DNA of 51,147 bases from Clostridiales bacterium. Its GTDB lineage: Bacteria; Bacillota; Clostridia; DSM-8532. Shown in pieces: positions 44,437-51,147 of this stretch. How positions within the stretch are numbered: the stretch's first letter is position 1; the number at the start of each line of letters is the position of its first letter. The DNA lies in NCBI GenBank assembly GCA_036768735.1, contig DAIPML010000002.1, positions 1-51,147 of the forward strand, in the 5' to 3' direction. Under the pieces are notes generated by a model, which saw only the letters and a program-made list of their open reading frames with translations, did no database searches and had not been told where the DNA came from. The translations under genes were made by a program, and so were the position numbers.

Positions 44437-44593
44437 CATGATATAATAACCTCACCCGTTACCGAAATCAAAGATTTCGAACGGGTACCCGAGAACATTG
44501 TATCATGAATTATGCAGCCGATGCTCGTCTGCTCTCGGTTACACCGAGTGATAAGCTGACGCTTTCCATGAATTCATGGTATAATAACCTCAC
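44437..44593 (+). promoter_or_regulatory. Duplicated 19-mer carrying an extended -10 box, flanking a structured 119-nt spacer upstream of queA
   Basis: catgAtataataacctcac lies at 44437-44455 and catgGtataataacctcac at 44575-44593; each contains TGnTATAAT. Between them is a 13-bp interrupted hairpin at 44455-44485. Confidence 0.45.
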
Positions 44594-44645
44594 TACTGAG
44601 GATATTTTTAGTTATGTTTTTGTGTATTAAGAAAGGTATATAAAC

Positions 44646-45671
44646 ATGCATCTTAATGACTTTCACTATGAATTACCGGAATCATTGATTGCACAAAGCC
44701 CTCCAAAGAGGAGGGATCAATCAAGGCTTTTGGTTTTAGATAGATTTACTGGAGAAGTAAATCATAAGCATTTTTACGACATTAAAAGCTTTTTAAAACC
44801 CGGGGACTGTCTAGTTGTTAACAATACAAGGGTTATTCCGGCTAGACTTATTGGAGAACGAATAGATACAGGCGGAAAAATTGAATTTGTTCTTTTAAAA
44901 AGAATTAAAGATGATATTTGGGAGGTTATTTTAAAGCCAGGTAAAAGGGCTAAGCCAGGAACACGCTTTGTTTTCGGCAGTGGAGCCTTAATAGCGGAAA
45001 TTATTAACATAGTGGATGATGGAAACAGATTGGTTAGGTTTTTTTATGAAGGAATTTTTGAAGAAATCCTGGATCATATTGGAATCATGCCGCTTCCGCC
45101 ATATATAACAGCAAGTCTTGAGGATAAAGAGCGTTATCAAACTGTTTATTCGAGGCTTAAGGGATCTGCCGCAGCTCCTACTGCGGGGCTTCATTTTACA
45201 AAAGAATTGATTGATCAAATAAAATCCTTGGGAATTGAATTTGCTGAATTAACTCTGCACGTTGGAATTGGAACCTTCAGACCTGTAAAAACAGAAAATA
45301 TTCTTGAGCATCACATGCACTCTGAGCATTTTTCAATAAGCCGGGAGACATGTGATATAATTAACAATACAAAAGAGCGCAACGGACGTGTTATTGCTGT
45401 GGGTACCACAAGCTGCCGAGTGCTCGAAACCGTTGCTTTAGATAATGGAAAAGTTAGCCCGGGAGAAGGGGAGACCGATATATTTATATATCCCGGATAT
45501 CGCTTTAAGGCTATTGATGGGCTTATAACAAACTTTCACCTGCCTGAATCCACGTTGTTAATGCTGGTTAGCGCTTTTGCGGGAAGAGAGAATATACTTT
45601 CTGCATACAAAGAGGCCATAGAACATAAATATAGGTTTTTCAGCTTCGGGGATGCAATGCTCATTATATAA
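44646..45671 (+). CDS. queA: S-adenosylmethionine:tRNA ribosyltransferase-isomerase
   Basis: 341 aa with [21 protein letters not shown] and [10 protein letters not shown]. Confidence 0.95.
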   Translation: MHLNDFHYELPESLIAQSPPKRRDQSRLLVLDRFTGEVNHKHFYDIKSFLKPGDCLVVNNTRVIPARLIGERIDTGGKIEFVLLKRIKDDIWEVILKPGKRAKPGTRFVFGSGALIAEIINIVDDGNRLVRFFYEGIFEEILDHIGIMPLPPYITASLEDKERYQTVYSRLKGSAAAPTAGLHFTKELIDQIKSLGIEFAELTLHVGIGTFRPVKTENILEHHMHSEHFSISRETCDIINNTKERNGRVIAVGTTSCRVLETVALDNGKVSPGEGETDIFIYPGYRFKAIDGLITNFHLPESTLLMLVSAFAGRENILSAYKEAIEHKYRFFSFGDAMLII

Positions 45672-45840
45672 CGCTATAAGAAAAGTTACACACTATAAGA
45701 AAAGTCACACACTCATTTTTTTATGTGTTTTTCTGAAAAAGCGTTAAAAAATGATGTTAGTCAGAGCTTAGCCATTTTTTAAAAAAGAAGCATGTAAAAA
45801 TGCATGTAATTATTATAAAATCATGGAAAGGATGATTTTA

Positions 45841-46680
45841 ATGCTTAATAAAAAAATTAAAATCTGGGATGATGTAAAAACAGACAAGGCTTACAATGAC
45901 GATTTTGATCCTATTCTTGAAACATACATCTTGTCAGGTAATAAAAAAAGAGCTGCTGTTTTGATTTGTCCCGGCGGAGGATACGCTTATACCTCAGAGA
46001 GGGAAGCGGAACCCATTGCAATGCAGTTCAATGCAAATGGATACCATGCATTTGTTTTGAATTACAGTGTTGCGCCAAGGCGGCATCCCCAACCAATTTT
46101 GGATTGCTCTCGTGCTATGTGCCTGATTCGCAGTAACGCCGAAGAATGGAATATCGATAGCTTTAAAATAGCCGTTTGTGGTTTTTCTGCAGGTGCTCAC
46201 CTTGCAGCAAGTCTTGGTGTCCATTGGAACAAACCTTTACTTGATGTTAGTGGAATACATATCGGAATGAATAAACCGGATGCTTTAATATTGGCTTATC
46301 CTGTGATTTCAATGAAAAATTATTGCCATATTGGTTCAAGAGAAAACTTATTGGGAAAAAACCCGGAGATAAATCTTGTAGAGGAAATGTCTCTTGAAAC
46401 ACAGGTTTCAAGAAACACACCACCGTCTTTTATATGGCATACGGTTGAAGATGTAGCGGTTCCAGTTGAAAACAGCCTTATGTTTGCTAGCGCGTTGCGA
46501 AAAGAAAAAATCCCTTTCGAACTACATGTTTACACTAAAGGACCGCATGGTTTATCACTTGCCACTGAAGAAACGGATGTTGCAAAAAACGGCTCATTTC
46601 CTCATATAGCCGGATGGGTAAAGCTTAGCATTGAATGGCTGGAGGAGATTTTTACACCACAATCTTTTTTTAGTCTATAA
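45841..46680 (+). CDS. Alpha/beta hydrolase (esterase, BD-FAE/arylesterase-like)
   Basis: Oxyanion region CPGGGYAY, nucleophile elbow GFSAGAHLA and a C-terminal His region GPHGLSL. Confidence 0.8.
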   Translation: MLNKKIKIWDDVKTDKAYNDDFDPILETYILSGNKKRAAVLICPGGGYAYTSEREAEPIAMQFNANGYHAFVLNYSVAPRRHPQPILDCSRAMCLIRSNAEEWNIDSFKIAVCGFSAGAHLAASLGVHWNKPLLDVSGIHIGMNKPDALILAYPVISMKNYCHIGSRENLLGKNPEINLVEEMSLETQVSRNTPPSFIWHTVEDVAVPVENSLMFASALRKEKIPFELHVYTKGPHGLSLATEETDVAKNGSFPHIAGWVKLSIEWLEEIFTPQSFFSL

Positions 46681-46814
46681 CTCAACTTTCCCATTTTAAC
46701 TTGCGACTAGTGTTTTGAGGCGCTGGTGCCGACATGCTGAGGTGGGATATCACATCGCCGTCGGTAGCCTGCTGTGCAGGCAAGCGCCCTAAAACACTGT
46801 GAGAAAGTTGAGTT
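46681..46814 (+). repeat. Family D repeat, compact copy D4 with terminal inverted repeats
   Basis: It begins ctcaactttccca 1 nt after the esterase stop and ends ctgtgagaaagttgag. The two arms (agtgttttgaggcgctggtgccgac / gtcggtagcc...gcgccctaaaacact) form a long imperfect hairpin. Confidence 0.88.
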
Positions 46815-46820
46815 AATAGT

Positions 46821-46910
46821 GAGGCAACAAGATGTACCTCATATCTTCGCGTATTTTCAACAATTAGAGTTAAAAAACGTCTGGTTGCGGGTATGTGGTG
46901 GAATCAAAAT
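46821..46910 (+). repeat. Family A repeat, diverged copy A4
   Basis: gaggcaacaagatgtacctcatatcttcgcgtattttcaacaattagagttaaaaaacgtctggttgcgg... Confidence 0.7.
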
Positions 46911-46994
46911 TTAATAATAATTAAACTCCGAGAGTGATTTCTAATTAAACTTTAATGAATGGCTAACGCTTTTTTCATAGTAACAGTCTATAAT

Positions 46995-47185
46995 TATATT
47001 ATGGTTACCATCCAGAAAGTCACAAAGTGGCTTTCTAATGAAATCTAAGATATCTTTAATTTAATAGCCTTCGAATGAAGGCTGGATAACCATAATGTGA
47101 TTGCACTAGGTTGCAACAAGCTGCAACTTCCTGCTGGTAAATCTGCAGGAAAAAGTCGTTTCACGACTTTCTGGGAAGTAATCAT
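46995..47185 (+). repeat. Family B composite repeat (about 190 nt), reference copy
   Basis: Left hairpin ccagaaagtcacaaagtggctttct, central ggataaccataatgtgattgcactaggttgcaac, right hairpin ggaaaaagtcgtttcacgactttctggg. It is collinear with 37266-37452 and with the reverse complement of 28399-28568. Confidence 0.88.
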
Positions 47186-47238
47186 GTTGTAGTTAAATCT
47201 AGCAAATTATGTGATTGCTCTGAAGGAGGATGAAATAT

Positions 47239-47778
47239 ATGAGTCGGAATACAAGTGGTAAATTTGGGTGGGGTGCTATTTTAGTAACAATCGGATTATT
47301 GCTCTTTCTTTCAAACCTTGGCATAGTACCAAGCATTTGGCAGTTAATGGGTAAATTTTGGCCTATGATTATTATTTTTGCATCATTACTATTCCATGTA
47401 GGTTATTATTCAAACACAAAAAATGTTGGACTTTTAGTGCCGGGTGGGATTTTGCTTACTGTGGGAATTGTATGTCAATGCTCCATGCTTTGGGGTTTGT
47501 GGGGATTTATGTGGCCAGGTTTTATACTTGCCCCAGCGGTTGGCCTTTTTGAATTATATATATTTGGAAAGCAAGATAAGGGTTTACTAATACCGGTAGG
47601 TATTTTAACAGGAATGTCGCTTATATTCTTTTCAATGTCATTTAGAGCCCTTGGAAGTTTTGCAAAATACTTAGTTCCTGTTTCACTTATAGTTATAGGA
47701 CTTGTCATTCTTGCTAAAAATAAGAGAGAGTCAAATGATAAAGACGACCCGAATGATTTCAACAACAACGGTTTTTAG
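47239..47778 (+). CDS. Integral membrane protein, function unknown (LiaF/DUF5668-like N-terminal TM pattern)
   Basis: About 5 TM helices and a charged C-terminal tail. ATG 47239 is preferred because GGAGG directly abuts ATG 47230. Confidence 0.65.
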   Translation: MSRNTSGKFGWGAILVTIGLLLFLSNLGIVPSIWQLMGKFWPMIIIFASLLFHVGYYSNTKNVGLLVPGGILLTVGIVCQCSMLWGLWGFMWPGFILAPAVGLFELYIFGKQDKGLLIPVGILTGMSLIFFSMSFRALGSFAKYLVPVSLIVIGLVILAKNKRESNDKDDPNDFNNNGF

Positions 47779-47788
47779 TATATTGTAA

Positions 47789-48955
<1,167 letters not shown>

Positions 48956-49086
48956 TTGATATATATATGTACAATAACGGAAACTACGCTTCATTTGCAA
49001 GAGCTGCATTCCGATAATGCATCCTAATATTGCACATATATGTTTTCTGAGTTACCTCTAAACAGTAGCGTTAAAAAATCATTCAT

Positions 49087-49152
49087 CCCCCACCGACACT
49101 TTCACTGTCATGAATAAGGTAGTTTTGAGGTGGGGGTCTTCAGATTTATCTG
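49087..49152. repeat. Family G-like hairpin
   Basis: cccccacc (49087-49094) pairs with ggtggggg (49129-49136). ggtgggggtcttcagatttatctg resembles 118-140. Confidence 0.55.
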
Positions 49153-49162
49153 AAATAAATAG

Positions 49163-49191
49163 TTGAATTGACTTTTGTAATTGTGTATAAT
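49163..49191 (+). promoter_or_regulatory. Candidate sigmaA promoter (TTGAAT-17-TATAAT) for yajC
   Basis: TTGAAT at 49163-49168 and TATAAT at 49186-49191. Confidence 0.5.
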
Positions 49192-49270
49192 GTTTTTGTG
49201 CTTACAGAAATAAGGTTTTATACCGAGCTATAAGTGTAGCTTCGTTTTCATTGAAAGGAGAACAAGACAT

Positions 49271-49615
49271 ATGAATTGGTTAATTACAGCTTTTGCCGAA
49301 GGTGCTGCAGCAACAGGTGAAATTCCAGAAGGCAATGATCTGATGTTGTTCTTGATACAATTTGGGCCGATAATTCTTTTGTTTGGTTTAATGTATGTTA
49401 TTCTTATATTACCTCAAAAGAAAAAAGAAAAAAAAGCCCGCCAGTTGATCGAACAGGCCATTGTCGGAGATAAAGTCGTTTCCATAGGTGGAATTATCGG
49501 CAAGATAGTTAATATTAAAGATGATGAATTTACAATTGAAAGCGGTAATGAAAGAACAAAGATAACCGTTAAGAAATGGGCTATAAAAGAAGTTGACAAA
49601 CCAATTTCAGAATAA
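49271..49615 (+). CDS. yajC: Preprotein translocase subunit YajC
   Basis: 114 aa with a single TM helix, then QKKKEKKARQLIEQ...GDKVVSIGGIIGKIV, typical of YajC. Confidence 0.88.
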   Translation: MNWLITAFAEGAAATGEIPEGNDLMLFLIQFGPIILLFGLMYVILILPQKKKEKKARQLIEQAIVGDKVVSIGGIIGKIVNIKDDEFTIESGNERTKITVKKWAIKEVDKPISE

Positions 49616-49667
49616 GGTATACGAGTGCATACTCTTAAGCCTATGCCCGTAAAACAAAAAGATAAAA

Positions 49668-49698
49668 CCCTGGCGGGGCTTTGCCGGGGTTTTGTTGT
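49668..49698 (+). terminator. Intrinsic terminator after yajC
   Basis: Stem CCCTGGC/GCCGGGG (one G-U pair), loop GGGGCTTT, followed by TTTTGTTGT. Confidence 0.65.
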
Positions 49699-49724
49699 AA
49701 CTATATAAATTGGAGGAAGTAATT

Positions 49725-50237
49725 TTGGAAGAGTACCTTTCAGTGGGTAAAATTATAAACACGCATGGTGTTAGAGGTGAAATGAGGGTTTTACCATTGA
49801 CTTCCGATATCTCACGCTTTGATTATTTAAAGCTTGTATGGGTGGAGGAAAATGGGAAGATGGTTCGTTATTTTGTTGAAAAAGCCAGGTACAGTAAACA
49901 GTATGTGCTTATAAAGCTTCGTGGTATTGACGATATGGACAGAGCATACGAGCTAAAGGATCATTTTTTAAAAGTGGATCGTAAAAATTCTCGGCCATTA
50001 GATGAGGATGAATATTTTATAGCGGATTTAATTGACTGTGAAGTATACGAAAATGATATCCTGCTTGGCAAAGTTACGGATGTTCTTCAGGCTGGCGGAA
50101 ATGATTGCTATGTGGTTAATGGTCTGTTATATGGCGAAATTCTTATACCGGCCGTTAGTTCTGTTGTCTGTGAGGTAGATATAGAAAATAAAAAAATATC
50201 TGTTTTGCTACCCGAAGGGTTGGTAGATAGAAAATGA
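49725..50237 (+). CDS. rimM: Ribosome maturation factor RimM
   Basis: VGKIINTHGVRGEMRV near the N-terminus and a PRC barrel at the C-terminus. TTG 49725 is preferred because GGAGGA (49712-49717) lies 7 nt upstream; the track start at 49710 overlaps that RBS. Confidence 0.88.
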   Translation: MEEYLSVGKIINTHGVRGEMRVLPLTSDISRFDYLKLVWVEENGKMVRYFVEKARYSKQYVLIKLRGIDDMDRAYELKDHFLKVDRKNSRPLDEDEYFIADLIDCEVYENDILLGKVTDVLQAGGNDCYVVNGLLYGEILIPAVSSVVCEVDIENKKISVLLPEGLVDRK

Positions 50238-50953
50238 TTTTTGATATTTTAACACTGTTTCCGGAAAGCATTGACAATTTTTTATCTGAAAGCATAATCG
50301 GAAGAGCTCGTGATAAAGACATAATAAAAATAAAAGCCCACAATATAAGGGATTTTTCCGCAGACAAGCATAAAAAGGTTGATGATTATCCCTACGGTGG
50401 CGGTACAGGTATGGTCATGACACCTCAGCCAATTTATGATGCATGGCAGCATGTTACTAAGGATTTACCTTATAAGCCTAAAACCATATACATGAGCCCT
50501 CAGGGAAAGGTGTTAACCCAAGATATAGCCAATGAGCTTAAGAAGGAAAAGCATATAGTAATACTTTGTGGTCATTATGAAGGTATTGACGAACGGATTA
50601 TTGAAGAAATAATAGATATAGAAATTTCCATAGGTGATTATGTATTAACCGGTGGTGAACTGCCGGCTATGGTTCTTGTTGATTGTATAAGCCGCCTTGT
50701 TGAGGGGGTTTTACCATCGGAAGAGGCTTTTTCCCAGGAATCTCATTATGATGGGTTGCTGGAGTATCCCCAATACACTCGTCCACCTGAATTTATGTCG
50801 AGATGCGTGCCTGACATCCTGCTGTCTGGACATCATGCCAACATAGAAAAATGGCGTCAAGATAAAAAAGTAGAAAGAACCCGTAAAAAAAGACCGGATT
50901 TATATAGGAAGTATATGCGTAAGCTGAAAAAAAATAATCAACCTGATAAATAA
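50234..50953 (+). CDS. trmD: tRNA (guanine37-N1)-methyltransferase
   Basis: 239 aa with ILTLFPE, YPYGGGTGMVM, CGHYEGIDERI and SIGDYVLTGGELPAMV. The start overlaps the rimM stop. Confidence 0.95.
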   Translation: MIFDILTLFPESIDNFLSESIIGRARDKDIIKIKAHNIRDFSADKHKKVDDYPYGGGTGMVMTPQPIYDAWQHVTKDLPYKPKTIYMSPQGKVLTQDIANELKKEKHIVILCGHYEGIDERIIEEIIDIEISIGDYVLTGGELPAMVLVDCISRLVEGVLPSEEAFSQESHYDGLLEYPQYTRPPEFMSRCVPDILLSGHHANIEKWRQDKKVERTRKKRPDLYRKYMRKLKKNNQPDK

Positions 50954-50954
50954 C

Positions 50955-51133
50955 GAGGCTAAGATGTCCCCCACCTCTTCGCATATTTTCAACCAGAATG
51001 GTTGAAAAATGCCTGGTGGCGGGTACATATTTCACACAACAGGCGGCGAGTCAAAATCTCCCGCATAGGATGCATAGGCGAGCAGCAGGCTCTGCCTGCG
51101 ACCAGCCTCGTTGAAATGGTGTGTTGAAAATAT
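50955..51133 (+). repeat. Family A copy A2 followed by a family C module (runs towards the window end)
   Basis: gaggctaagatgtcccccacctcttcgcatattttcaaccagaatggttgaaaaatgcctggtggcg starts 2 nt after the trmD stop. gcataggcgagcagcaggctctgcctgcgaccagcc (about 51072-51107) parallels the 42-bp unit at 24222. Confidence 0.85.
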
Positions 51134-51147
51134 AGCTTGCTACGCAA

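Overview
This 51-kb segment is low-GC and looks like a Firmicutes/Clostridia chromosome from a spore-former (SpoVK-like AAA+ protein, CotF-like coat proteins, PBP5-type carboxypeptidase). That taxonomic call is an inference from gene content only. I see no transposase, cas gene, phage gene or recognisable defence module. Coding content is mostly housekeeping, in this order: AraC tail, tRNA-Gln(CUG), ilvE, yqeG, a divergent aroE-like paralog and ComFB. Next come a NitT/TauT-type ABC importer, an ECF S-component translationally coupled to a DUF1893 protein, a DUF445 protein, an MBOAT/DHHW acyltransferase pair, a TIGR01212 radical SAM protein and trmFO. These are followed by hflK and hflC, a DagK-like lipid kinase, a tandem AAA+ ATPase, pta-ackA, aspartate kinase and an orphan ORF. 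A seven-gene shikimate/Phe operon follows (aroF-aroB-aroA-aroC-pheA-aroE-aroK). The rest is an L,D-transpeptidase, a D-Ala-D-Ala carboxypeptidase, an aminotransferase, GntR, two small coat-like proteins, a second NitT/TauT ABC importer, queA, an esterase, a membrane protein, tgt, yajC and rimM-trmD. The unusual content is mainly non-coding. (1) A 35-codon ORF with a strong RBS and 12 Phe/Tyr in 16 residues, followed by an intrinsic terminator, lies directly upstream of the aromatic operon; it is a candidate leader-peptide attenuator. (2) Almost every long intergenic region is built from at least five families of short, hairpin-rich interspersed repeats. They occur alone, nested or concatenated into 350-500 bp mosaics. 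One family sits consistently just after stop codons, and two copies lie inside the aro operon. (3) Two gene remnants (purB-like and GH20-like) lie 5-230 nt from these repeats. (4) Several coding or simple-sequence expansions are present: about 18 pentapeptide repeats in the DHHW protein, a roughly 65-aa N/K/D-rich insert in AroE, and an (ATAC)14 microsatellite. All functional calls rest on motifs read from the translations; no database search was possible.
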